NCBI RefSeq assembly: GCF_001194135.2
Contig: NC_068982.1
Location: 92,499,818-92,563,817 of the forward strand
Source: Octopus bimaculoides
Lineage: Eukaryota
Direction of reading: 5' to 3'
Length of the DNA: 64,000 nt
Positions 13,741 to 27,000 of the stretch are shown here, one piece after another. Position 1 is the stretch's first letter; each line of letters begins with the position of its first letter. The position numbers were made by a program, and so were the translations under genes. The notes beneath the pieces are model-generated. The model was not told the DNA's origin. It ran no database searches and saw only the letters and a program-made list of their open reading frames with translations.

Positions 13741-13863
13741 CTACTGGGACGTCTCCTCTTTTGTTGTAGCATTTTCCTCTGCCTTAATTGTAGTTTGGGG
13801 GATCAAGTTACAAAGGTTTCTCTCAAAGGGTTTCATCTTCATTTTAATTTCTCTTTGGCATTT
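13741..13863 (-). CDS. GRID2IP: Probable terminal exon of the delphilin-like gene (KCQREIKMKMKPF...EETSQ*)
   Basis: Strong acceptor tattttatttcttcacag; phase 0; continues KYE|KCQREI like the formin post-FH2 helix; TAG at 13743-13741; implies a 7.6-kb last intron. Confidence 0.55.
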   Translation of the reverse strand, partial: KCQREIKMKMKPFERNLCNLIPQTTIKAEENATTKEETSQ

Positions 13864-16800
13864 CTGTGAAGAAATAAAATATATTTGTAGGACAGAATTT
13901 TAACTTGAACTCTGTATTATAAATAAGGTTTCTCATAATCTAACTTTAAAAAAAAAAAGTGTGAGTAAATTTGAGCAACTTATTTTCACTTGGATAGCTT
14001 AGATATTGAATGGAGGAGTAGTCATTTATTTTCAATTCATCATTTGCTTACTGTTAAAAGCTTGTTTGGAATGCAACAATTCCAAGAAAAGAAAATAAAG
14101 TAACATCAGAGGGTTCAAGTTCATAGTGGTAGAATGTGTGTCAAAAGTGAAGCAACAATATGCCTGTGAAAGTGGTTCTTTTTACAATGCTGCATTTTGA
14201 CAGTCTTAACACAGTAAAGGCTGTTTAGACGTGACAAGAACAGCTGCAATGGTGACTACGAACCCGTGGCCAGAAGGAAGGGAGGCAGTTGGAGTTATGA
14301 TGAACAGGGCCTTTAGTGCAATTCAGACAATTATGTGAAGCTACTGGAGACTGGTCAATTCTTGTCTGGAGAGCATTACTGCTGGAAGGCCAAATGTATG
14401 CCAGCAGGATTCGGCTCCTTGCCATACCTCCAGAAAAAGTCTGAAGTGATTGTCGGAGTATTTCTACGCTCTCACCAGCCCCAATTTCTGACTTTCTAAT
14501 TCGACACTAGTAAAATTTCCAAGTTAGACAGTACTCGCTATCCTGAGATGATGTGTACCTGCACACACGGTAATATATCGGAGAAAGTAAGAAGAAAGGG
14601 TGATGACCTAAGTATCAGAATAAGTAGTTAAAAGTTGCAAGGGTATGCGGTTGGAGAGAGAGAAAGAAAGGGGGAATGTGGATGTGGTCAACAGTAAGAT
14701 TGAGTGAAGGGTGTCAATAGGGACTGGCTCGAAGAAGTGGGAATAATAACTGGTTGCACAGAAGAAGGTGATAGTGTGAACTATTGGGTAGTACTTACAT
14801 TGGTCTTTGACAAAATAATACAGCAAATAAAAGAATGTGAGTGATAAGAAGGTGACTGGTGTAGAAAATAGTGGATGAGTGATAGCNNNNNNNNNNGTAG
14901 AAAATAGTGGATGAGTGATAGCGAGAAGAATTTAAAGAGAGATGGATGAAAGAGAGAGAGTTAGGGTGATGAGATGCTCAATAGGGAGATGAGGGCAGAT
15001 ACAGACTTGACAAGCATGTATTGAATGGGAGACCCAAATATGAGGACATACATGTACACATACATATAAGTTACATATTTATGTTTATATACACATGCAT
15101 ACATACAAACGCCCCTCCCCGTTCCACACATTTTTAGCGTTGGTTTCGTCATGCTTGTACAGATGGTCAGGTCAACAGTGTATCTTATATCATCTCAGAT
15201 CTTTGTCATCTTCTCAATGCTCAATATTTTGAGATCAGTCTTCACCCCTTTGTCCCATGTTTTTCTGGATCTCCCTTTTCCACAGGTTCCACTAACTTAG
15301 AGTGCCGTATTCTTATTCATACAGTTGTCATTTTTCTTACGCATCACATGGCCATAGCAGTGCAGTCTCCTCCTTTGCACACTACATCTGACACCTCTTG
15401 TAACCAATTTTTCTCTCAGTTCATTTGTATTCATGCATGCTGACATTACACATCCAGAGGAGCATGCTTGCTTTATTTTATTCTAGTCTCTGTGGGTCTT
15501 CTGCATTCAGGATTCACGTCTCACTATCACGCAGGGCCGGTTTTAAGCCAATTAGACAGATTTCTTCAAATTGGGCCCCGCGCACATGCTCAGACGGAGG
15601 ACGCTATGATAAATTTTTAGTATATCATCGTGACAAATGGCGGAGCCTCAAGGCCTCAACGCTTTTTGGCTGGAACTGGCGTACTACACGAAGCAGAAAA
15701 CATCAATCTTCAACTTTTGACAATTCTCTAATTGGACCCCACACTCCCCAGCGCCAGCCCTATTCTCATGCAGCATCGCAGTTCATATTCAAATGTCATA
15801 GAATTTGCTTTTTCTCTGAAAGTGAGATCCTTTATTACCAACAGGTTCCCTGAACTTTCACCCATGCAGGTACAGCAATACATGTGCTAAATGGAGGTAG
15901 TGGTGGAGACTGGGATAACACATCTCCATTCAGACCAGTACCGTCTTACAACATGACTACACTGAGTAGTTGCCGGGGTACTCATGGGTCTCGTAGCCTA
16001 ATTCTGATCTGTGTATGGTGTGACTTGCTGTCAATAAACACTAGGCAGATCTGTTGCCAGACTTCGGTACCTGGGGATGCTTCAGAATATTCTGGGTAGG
16101 CACTAACTTGTAATTAATGCTAAAGTGGAGTTTCGAAATAAGTGTATCATTGTAAACCTGAGGGTGCACCATTGAATAGTGAGGTGCTGTCCGCAAAATT
16201 TTTTTCCCACGAGAGTTCCGGACTCCAGTAATGACCTCATTTGCATACAGCCAATCAGAATTTTTTTTTCGCGTGCTGTCCGGTGCATCCCTTTAGCGGC
16301 GGGCATGACTACAGGGCCCAGTGCATTGATTTGTCCACGGACCTATGGCAGTGATCTAGGCCTCTTAAGTACTCCTCTTGCATAACCTACATGAATGCTT
16401 TCGAAAATGTATCAGTTTTCTCTCCATTCGACGAGTATTTGTATGTATATGTGTGTGCGTATATGTAAAAAAAAAAGTGGACTCGCACGCATACATACAA
16501 ATATATACATCACATATGTATCTACAAAATGAAACTTGAAATTTCGAATACTGATATAATCGGAATCGACACCATCTGAAGTGTATTTATAGAAGATTTC
16601 ATTAAAAAATATCCATTTTTCTGAAAGTTATGATAAAACGAAGTGAGAAGGGAACACACTTGTGTAGGTATCACACACACACACACACGTGTGTATGCAT
16701 AATAATCCTTTTTGTTATAGGCATAAGGCCTGAAATTTTGTGGGAGAAGACAGTGCTTCTTCACTGGTACGTAATTTATCGACCCCAAAAGGATGAAAGG

Positions 16801-18041
16801 CAAAGTCGACTTCGACGGAATTCGAACACAGAACGTAGCGATGCCTGCTCGCCCGCCTTATGTGTATGCATAATGATAATGATTCAGTTATTTGTGAATG
16901 CGGAGGTTTAGATGCTTACTTTCGTAAACGTACGCATTATTTGGGTATAAATTTGTGGTTGTAAGGAAGTGCTGCGTTACGATAAAACGAATTTATAATA
17001 GCGGCACCGGTACATTTATAACATGTTATTTTTAGCTCCCCAATGTTAAATGAACAAATTCTGGTTAATTTATATACAGAATAAATCGGATGCAAAGGTA
17101 GTCTTCTAAAAAAAAGTGAGGGAAAAAGATATAAACCTTCATTTTTTTTATACTCTGCGATTTACTTTCTACTACTGGTTATTAAAGATTTGCGTTTAAT
17201 TTTCTTCATATTTTTAAAAACTAAGAAAGCGATTTTTGTTCCTAAATATAAATTTTTTTTACGTCCACATCTGTTAAGTCTGATATTTTTATAGACTAAA
17301 TTATCGGAGTTACATCGTGCTATTTAAAATAATGAATTGAAATTCAGAAAATATACTGAGGGAAAATATGAAAGGTAATGTTAAAGGAAACCACACGTGC
17401 ATATGTGCGTGTGGATATATATATATATATATGCATGAATGTATGTACAAAAATAAAAGAATGTTAGATTCATAATTGACTTTAATTAAACATTTGGTTG
17501 AGGAAATTTCAGAAAAGAAATGCTTAAGTATGTTTTAACAGATATTCAAGGATAAATCTGAAGGTAACGTTACAGTTAACAGGTAAATTGGAGCTGTATT
17601 TATGATGTACTTGTAGCGTATGTGTAAAGTACACTTGCAAATATAATTAGAAAGAAATCTATCGTAGCAAGATATGGTCTTGTTAAAAGAAAAACAATAA
17701 AAAACATTATCACTAATGTAAATAAACTAACTTAGCACTAGTACTATTTAAAGTAATTTTGTGCCGTTCTAACCCAAGGCCTCGGTAGCGCAGTAGGCAG
17801 CGCGTCAGTCTCATAATCATGCTTCAAATAAGAGGAATCTGAAGGTCGTGAGTTCGATCCTCACCCGGGGCAGATTTTTTAAAGTCCTTGACTAGCATAC
17901 TTAAATATATATGTTCCCAAATCTATTAATTTGTAGTGGGTAACTATTTTTTTAAATGTATTTCTACTAATTTGCTGTAGTATTCTGATTATGATGTTTG
18001 ATGGGCAAGACTTCAGCCCGTCCCCCACCAGAAAACCACCA

Positions 18042-18086
<45 letters not shown>

Positions 18087-21000
18087 CTGACACAAATCCC
18101 ACTTTTCGGTTACGTCCGCTTTCCATGCTAGCATGAGTTGGACGATTTGACTGAGGACTGGTGAAACCAGATGGCTACACCAGGCTCCAATCTGATTTGG
18201 CAGAGTTTCTACAGCTGGATACCCTTCCTAACACCAACCACTCCGAGAGTGTAGTGGGTGCTTTTATGTGCCACCGGCACGAAGGCCAGTCAGTGGGTAC
18301 TGGCAACGGCCACGCTCAAAATGGTGTATTTTATGTGCCACCTGCACAGGAGCCAGTCCAGCGGGACTGGCAACGAACTCGCTCGAATGTCTTTTCACGT
18401 GCCAGGAAGGTGACGTTGGTAATGGTTACGCTCAAATGGTGCTATTTATGTGCCACCGGCACAGAGATCTGCAAATCAAATTGGCACATCGAAACGTTCG
18501 TAAATGAATCATTATACAATCTCCACATAATTAAATCAATGGTTAACTAGCCCAATTGACTTGCTTTTTCTTGTGTTTGTTTCTCCATTCTCCACTTAAT
18601 TATATATGTTGTTGTTGGCACTCCGTCGCTTACGACGTCGAGGGTTCCAGTTGATCCGATCAACGGAACAGCCTGCTCTTGAAATTAACGTGCAAGTGGC
18701 TGAGCACTCCACAGACACGTGTACCCTTAACAGACACAGTGTGACAAGGCTGGCCCTTTGAATTACAGGCACAACAGAAACAGGAGGTAAGAGCGAGAGN
18801 NNNNNNNNNNNNNNNNNNNNNNNNNNNNNNNNNNNNNNNNNNNNNNNNNNNNNNNNNNNNNNNNNNNNNNNNNNNNNNNNNNNNNNNNNNNNNNNNNNNN
18901 NNNNNNNNNNNNNNNNNNNNNNNNNNNNNNNNNNNNNNNNNNNNNNNNNNNNNNNNNNNNNNNNNNNNNNNNNNNNNNNNNNNNNNNNNNNNNNNNNNNN
19001 NNNNNNNNNNNNNNNNNNNNNNNNNNNNNNNNNNNNNNNNNNNNNNNNNNNNNNNNNNNNNNNNNNNNNNNNNNNNNNNNNNNNNNNNNNNNNNNNNNNN
19101 NNNNNNNNNNNNNNNNNNNNNNNNNNNNNNNNNNNNNNNNNNNNNNNNNNNNNNNNNNNNNNNNNNNNNNNNNNNNNNNNCGATAGAATACGTACTAGGG
19201 TTACAAAGAATAAGTCATGGGGTCGATTTGTTTGACTAAAGGCGGTGCTCCAGCATGGCCACAGTCATATAACTGAAACAAGTAAAAAAGTAAAAGAGTA
19301 AGAGTAAATTTGGGAGAAAATGGGGTGGGGCGGAAGTCTTTCCTAGATATGTTTGCTTGAATCCAGGTGAAAAAGTCACTGCTAAAAGAATTAGGAAAAG
19401 TCACGGTAATAAAGTCACAGGGATTTTGTCCGGGGGTGTTTTGTCCAAGGGGGTTTTGTCCTAGTGGGGTTTTGTCCGTATTCCATAAATCAATTGTGAC
19501 TTTTTTTCCTGTGACTTTATTACCGGCCACCATAAATTAATTGTGACTTTTTTCCTGTGATGTATTTTCCTAGCTAAAATTGTGACTTTATTATCAGTCA
19601 CTGTTTGTTTAATGAACTTGATGAGAAGGTCAGTTGTAGACTTTATAAGGTCAGTTGTAGACTTTATAAGGTCAGTTGTAGACTTTATAAGGTCAGTTGT
19701 AGACTTTATAAGGTCAGTTGTAGACTTTATAAGGTCAGTTGTAGACTTTATAAGGCCTGTGATACGTTTGGAAAGCTTGAATCGAAGCTCTGGTTGGAAT
19801 TAGAAATCGAAGCAGCAATGCAAGAGATCTATCAATAGAGCTGTTAAAACACATCCAGGAGATTCAGCAGGCCTTTGGCAATGATATCATGGACAAAACT
19901 CAGAACAAGGAGTAGTACAACTGCTTTGAACTTGGTCACACCTCAGTGGAGAGTGAGGCATGCTCAGGCAAGCCAACCATTAGCAGAAACGAAGAGCCGA
20001 TTGAGACGGTTTGACAAATAGTCATAGATGACTATCTTATAACAATCTAGGAAAGTGGGAATAAGCACAGGATCAGTGCATTCCATTTTAACAGGATTTA
20101 TGCACGTGGTGAGAGTTGGCAAAAAAATGAAGTCGGATACTTTCTGAACGCATCTTGTAATCCAATTTCCTAGTCAAGAACAACACATGACTTGTTCCAC
20201 AGGTTCCCTACTCTCCTGACTTGGCACCGTTTGACTTCTAGTTCTTCCCCAAACTGAAAACAATGCTGAAAGGGGAGCGATTTAAGTTGTGAGAGGGAAC
20301 AATGAGAAAAGTGACGGCAGAGCTTCATAGCATTCCTGGGAAGGTGTTCCAGAGGTATTACCGGTAATGGCAGAACTGCTGGAAGAAGTGCGTGAACTCT
20401 CAAGGGGAGTATTTTGAAGGTGATTGAATAAAATTTGTGAAATGTACAACATTGTATTTTTTTTTATGCCCAAAGGTCAGATACTTTTTTAATGCACTTC
20501 ATATGTACGTAAAAACAAATGATAAAAATTACTTGGATACAGTGGAAGAGTACACTAATTTATTTCAGCTGACTCAGCTTACAGTTACTCTTGAGTTTTC
20601 CCTATGTTCAGTCAGTTAGTTGGTAGAATAAAATGGATGGAAAAAAATAGAAAACTTGCCATGATAGTAGGTAGATCTGACCATACTGTTAGTTGTGTAT
20701 GATGAATGGCTAGTGGAAGGAAGTAAGTGACTGGCTGGCCATTTGTTGGTATTTCAATGAAATACATACAAGCCTTTAATCATGACCCTAAAGGTTTCTG
20801 CGAATTGCATACATCCAAAGAAAAGACAAAACGAAACTGGGAACATGGAAGGTGTGAAAGAGGTTGAAAGGGATGCTAGATGGGTGGCAGTTGTGAGGTG
20901 GTAATGTTATTTCTACTTTCAGTGATTAGGAATTACTATTGTTAATTAGCATTGTGGTACATAAAACAAAAGTAGTGAATTGTGGAAGGTCTGTTTGTCT

Positions 21001-24000
21001 GATGAGACAGTGGAACTCTTCTCAGCAATGCAAATTTTGGTGTTGATTATTCAGTTCAGTGCACCTTGGTGCTTAGTCCAAAACTGCAAACTTAGGAAGT
21101 GCTTTTCAGTTATAAAACATATTCTTTTATATAGTGCATTGAATCATCGAGAATTAATTATTTTCATAGGTGCAGGTATGACTATATGGTTAAGAAGTTT
21201 TCTTCTCAATGAAATAGTCTTGGGTTCAATCCCACTGTGTGGCACCTTGGACAAGTGTCTTCTACTATAGCCTTGAGCTGACCAAAGCCATGATGTTAAC
21301 GAAAATGATGATGATCAAAACTAGTAAGAAAATATCTAATCAAATTCATAAAGCTGCTATTTTCTGGCATAAAGAAACAAGTATTAACCAGAAAAAGAAA
21401 GTCATTGTGGTTGTTTAGGATTTTTGATAATATAGATAATTAGTAAAAATCTAACAGTTCTTACCTCATACTTGTTTAAGAATTCTGCAAATATCCCAAA
21501 TATTTGGTCTGTTGTTATGTTCCCCACATCATTCTCACCAAAAAATTCTAAGGTAGTATGAAATTCTTTGACAGCTTCCTCTAAATCCTTGAATAAACCC
21601 TCCAAAGTTGAATTGGATTTGGAAAGAAATATCTTTGAATGTTAAAGAATTTAACAACTGCATTATAGAATTTCTCAAGTGATGGATGGAACAGATATGG
21701 TCAAGTTCTCTTTGCCTGTTCCTTCAGCCTTCACACTTTCAAGAGCTAATTAGGATACCATACCACATAGCTAAAGATTTGTATAAAAAATTGGGTTTAT
21801 GTCCAATATTTTCCAATACCATAAAATAACTACTGTAGCATTAAATGCAGTGATTAGGATAAACTTTTAGGGGTTAGCTAACATAATTCTTGTTGAAAAT
21901 AGAAAATGATCAAACCTATCTTTCTATTACTTACATATGTGGTCAGTGCCTCTTTAAAATTAAGCAGCATTTGACAGAGTTTACTATGTCTCTTAACAGA
22001 TTGTAGTTCAGTACTCATATGTTACCTCTAAATATTGGACTGGAGGCCTTCATGTTATATGTCTGCTTCGGCTGAACTAAGTGCTGTAACTTAACAACAA
22101 CAACAACAACAATGACAGGAAATATAACTATGTATTTACATGATCTATAATTATTTAATGTCCAGAATTGTTGATAGCAGAATGTAATAACTATTTAACA
22201 TAAATGGAGTTTTTAGCTTCGAGGAATTGATGACTTTAAAATTGTAGCTGCTAGCTACTCTAGTTAGTATCTAAGATATATAATAACTTTTCTAAATGTA
22301 AATCCTTATGTCCATGAGCTATCCTTTCCAAGATGAAGCTGAATTTGTTACTAATAATAGACTTACTCTGGAAAACTTGTTAAAGGGAATTGAGTAGACA
22401 TAAATTTTACAAAAGAGGAATTCAGTTGATCCATTTTTTCTGCCCACATTTCATAGGAAGATTATAGGGGTAGAGTCCTCAGGCACTTTCTCCATAGGGT
22501 CCTATCAGAAGCAACCATTATTACACCTTCCAACTGGTTTCTCAGGCACAACTAACTGAGATTATGAATAATAGTCAGCCATCTTGTTCTTGGTCTAACC
22601 TTAGGTTTCCTGCTGATTTGCAAAGAAATAAAAAATAAAATTTAAGGTGTTCTCGACTTATATTAGGTATTTTAGAATTAATTACATTAGGTATTTTAAA
22701 ATGTATTATGTCATTGTCCTTGTTGTCATTGCCCTTTTGCATTCACTTTTCATGCCAGCATAGGTTAAATAGATTTTTACCACTCCTCTTGATGGGTCAG
22801 ATGACTACACATTGTTTGAAAGTTTCATTTTAGTTGGTTTCTATGACTGGATACCTTTCCTAACATCAACAACTTAACAGAGTGCATATTTATAATGTAT
22901 CAGTAATTTGGATAAAATCTTTAAAAAAATGTTTTATTTATTAGTGGCTTTAAATCACTGAGGTGCAACCAAAGACACTGTCACTGTTTTCATGTAGTAT
23001 ATGCAGTGCAAGTTATCAAAGTCATCTCTAAGCAATGCAGATGAAATTATTTGAACTTAGTGTTGTTTGTTAACAGAATATTTGATAATTATACAATACT
23101 TTTTCCTCTTTCCTCAGTACACTACACCTACCTATCAAACAATGACTGACAATGGGTATAGTTCAATATCAGTGACAGTAAGTGAACTACTGGTTCTTTG
23201 GCTGTTAGCTTAACACATTTTGGTCTCACCTGTGACTTTTAGTATTATAAGGATCAAACATTCATTAAAAAAATGAAATTTATGCTTAAATCTAGAAATT
23301 AATTCTTAGTCTTATGTGATGTATCAAAACTCAGTGAGTAATTGGGAGATTATCTAAAAAATTGCAACAGTTATTTCTTATGAATCAATAAGGATACATT
23401 CATAATATCTTGAATTGGGTCTTTTGAATCATTTTGTTCAATATTTTCCATGAGTTCTGTTGTTTTCTGCAGTAAAGAAGAAAAAAAACTGTTAGGTTTG
23501 TAGAACAAAAAAGAATGACTACAATACAATAATGCTTTTTGGTAGTAAGAAACTCTAGGGAAAGCTGAACAGCAGAGAAGGTTTTCAGAGAAGAAGCACT
23601 CACCTCCAACTCTGCAAGTGTTTCACTTCTTAACTCCTTATACTCTATGGGGGCCAAACTGCATCCAGGTCATGACTCCTGGATACTCTCATCTGCTACT
23701 GCATTCTGTGCTACTGTCTGCATTGCAACCCTTCTAGATGGTTAAAGTGTTCCAGACCCTATACAATTCATCACAGCATATCAGAGTGTATAGTATATTA
23801 AACAAAAATCAACTAAGATAAATAGTTCAGAGTGGCCAGTGGCATGTCTTTGAACAGTCTAGATAAATACAAGTATACCAAATACCATACAACATACATT
23901 CTTGATTTACTAAAATTATCTCCACTTCTGGAGGATGTATCATAATAACCAAATGGCAATGAAAACCAGCTCCTTTGGAGGAAGGGAGATAATCTCAAGG

Positions 24001-27000
24001 ATCACGAATTCTTCAAAGTTGATATGTCATTAAAAAAGAAGTACAGGCTTATTGTCTGCAGAAAGGAGGATTGTTGTGGGCATATGTTTCTAACCCAATA
24101 ACTGCCATCAGCATGACAATTGTCTGACCTTATCTCCAATTGCCAAGTGGCAACATGTTATAAAAGATATAATACAATGATAATATTATTTAATTTCATT
24201 TACTAAATAAATGGATCTATATGTAAATTACCTGCCAAGAAGTTTTTATTTCCTTCAATTCACTGTAAATATCAGCATTGGATACTGTAATAGAAAAATA
24301 TAATAATTATTGTAATATTTGGTTGTTTTGCAGAATGGACATAATAGCAGAAAAATATAGAAGAGTAGTCACCCATCCATCTCAGCAAAAACAAGTTCCT
24401 GTCAAACTTACCCCTACAACTCACTCAGGTGCTGTAATTGATACCATCCATCCCCTTATACTTCACTGTCCCTTATCACTTCCTCCTCTTTTCTAGTCCA
24501 CTCCTATTTCTTTCACTTTCCCCAAACTGATATTCAGCATTGACCATGCTTCCATTGTGTGCCCTATTCGCTGTGTCCACTCCAATTCCCATCATTAATT
24601 ATCTGTTTTCTCTCCTTTTACACTCTGGCTAACTTACCTATCCATCCACTCTTTCTGTTCCTCTAACCTTATTTTCTCTCTTATATTTATCTTGTACCTT
24701 GAGGGCATATCCTCACCATCTCTGTCTGTCTGTCTCTCCTCTCCTCCCCTTTCACCGCCCTACTCTCTCTTCCCTCTCCCTATCCTCTCCCCTTCCCCTC
24801 CTCGCCCACCTTCCCCCCCTCCTCGCCCACCTTCCCCTCCCCTCCCCTCCACCNNNNNNNNNNNNNNNNNNNNNNNNNNNNNNNNNNNNNNNNNNNNNNN
24901 NNNNNNNNNNNNNNNNNNNNNNNNNNNNNNNNNNNNNNNNNNNNNNNNTCCCCCTCTCTCCAGTGGGAGAAGCCAAATATCTCCCCTTCAGCATGACACT
25001 TATTCCTGTCCCTCTATCATACTTCTACTGATTTCAATACTGCACATCACTTAATTGAAGTGTCTTGTCTTGTGAGCTACTTGTGCTAGTGCCAGGGATA
25101 AAATGCACCTAATAGGTAAAATGCACCTAAAAGGTAAAGTGGTTGACCTTTGGAAGGGCTTCCAGCTTTGGAAACCATGCCAAATCAGACATTAGAGCTT
25201 GATGCAGTCTTCTGACCTGTCAGTTCCTGCTGAACCATTCAGCATGTGCCAGCATGGGAAACAAACATTGAACAATAATGATGATGATGACGATGATAAT
25301 GGGGGACACTATGATGTATCATATAGCAGATTGGACACTATAATGCTGTACATAGCAGAGCCACACTGCAATAGAGTAATATACTGGAAATGACACTATA
25401 ATGTAATATATAGGAAGACGGACAATATAAAGTGGTTTAGAGCAACAGTGTAATATTGTGGAGTGGACAGTGTAATGTAGAATAGTAGAGTGAACAGTGT
25501 GATCTTGCATATTAGAAATATGTTTGAGTGAATACTATTGCAGAATAGTGGACACTACAATATAATAGGAATATCCCTATTTTTCTAAATTTTCATTTGA
25601 CCATGTTGACAGATTATTTATATTTGTACTGTTTTAATGTAATGTGCTACATCTGATAAGATGGCACCTGTTTAATAAAATGTTACACCTGCCTGATGGA
25701 ATGTGCCCCCTCTTATGGTGTGTGCCACCTAAATGATGGAATATATCACTCTGAGTGTGCCACTTTTATGCTAGTGTTCTGCCTTAACTTTGATGATGTA
25801 TTCCACTTCTGTGATGGTAAAAATACCTGAATGACATGTATTAGATAATTAAGAAAAGCAAATGCAACTCTATTCTATTTCATCAAGTTTCAGTTGCTTG
25901 TTGCAGTGAGCTGTGCTAACATTCTGTGCACCTTAGGCTTAGCCTAGAGTTGTTGTTCAGGGATGAAACAAACTAGCAACTCTTTAACTGGTAATTCAAC
26001 AACCTGATGCAAGGATATTCTATGTCCTATCTTATTTTGAAAGAGCATCCTCTCTATTCTGTTCTATTTAAAAAAAGGCATGTTCTGCAACCAACTCTTT
26101 TCAAAATAGTATCCTATGTTATACCTTGTAGCAGAAATATTTAACAATCAGATCACTATATCTGATGTTGCAATTCACTAGAATATTACCTGATATTCAG
26201 CAAAGTCACATTACCCAACCAGCAAATGTGGTTTTTAAACGAACAAAACATCATAAAGGGCCAAAATTAAGGTCCTCTGTATCCTGCTTATATCTTATTA
26301 AAAAAATATGATAATCTGTGATGAATATTATTTATAGGATATCCTGTATCCTACCTTACTTTAAAGGTTAATGTAAACAAAATTATATACTCACTACATG
26401 AAATTAAGTTACAAGGAACTCAATTGTTAGAGTAAAAAACTACCAGCTTCAGGATGTTGTCCTTATATCTAAGAAATTCTTCTGTCCTGTACACCAAGTG
26501 AGTACCATGGTTAAATCTTACCCATTGATTCAAGCATTTCACTAGCTTATAGAAAACTGGGTTTCTCAAAATAGACAGTACTGTCCCTTGGATACTAATG
26601 AAAAGTTTTATTTCATCAGTTGTGGTAGGGATGATTAAATGTGTCTTTTAATTGTCCTAATTTTCAAAAATATTTTCAGTTTTATTCTCTTTGAATCGTC
26701 ATGTAAAATGAACAGTCAAAATGTTTTGATGTTCCATATTGTATTGATGGAATAACTTGATTGCATGAGTTGACCTTTTAAAAGTAACAAACCTGTTGGT
26801 AGCAATTTTTGGGGTATATTTAACTTTGTTGCATTGCAGCAAAGGGATTTTGAAAGGCTGTTAGTAAAAGAAAAGGGAACTAAAGTTTAAAATGTTTGAG
26901 AAGCACTGATATAGAGTGATGAATCATGAATTTGGATGAAAAACATTCACATTCAGTGGCATCTGATGTTTCTTACCATTTGCGCATTCTATTACTGCTA

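Noticed and set aside
14849-14922. Direct repeat GTAGAAAATAGTGGATGAGTGATAGC on both sides of a 10-N gap
   Set aside because: Typical unmerged contig overlap, not a biological duplication
15855-16100. Specific assignment as RNase P, RNase MRP, telomerase RNA or a U snRNA
   Set aside because: Only short partial matches (ATTCAGACCA, TAGGCTAC, CTACACTGAG) in inconsistent order or strand; no template, Sm site or P4 pair
18110-18800. Idea that repeat copies near the tRNA retain more CpG than distant copies
   Set aside because: True for one SINE pair but not for the 7.5-kb versus 18.1-kb pair; inconsistent
19582-19838. CRISPR-like regular array or repeat protein
   Set aside because: Units are contiguous and identical with no spacers; eukaryotic context; no cas genes
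21346-21363. Alternative tiny last exon KIAAL*
   Set aside because: Less formin-like than 13741-13863; kept only as an alternative
23604-23644. Possible exon EYKELRSETLAELE with a strong GTGAGT donor and compatible phases
   Set aside because: Weak acceptor; 24232-24284 has a better acceptor, length and similarity. A rare mutually exclusive use is not excluded
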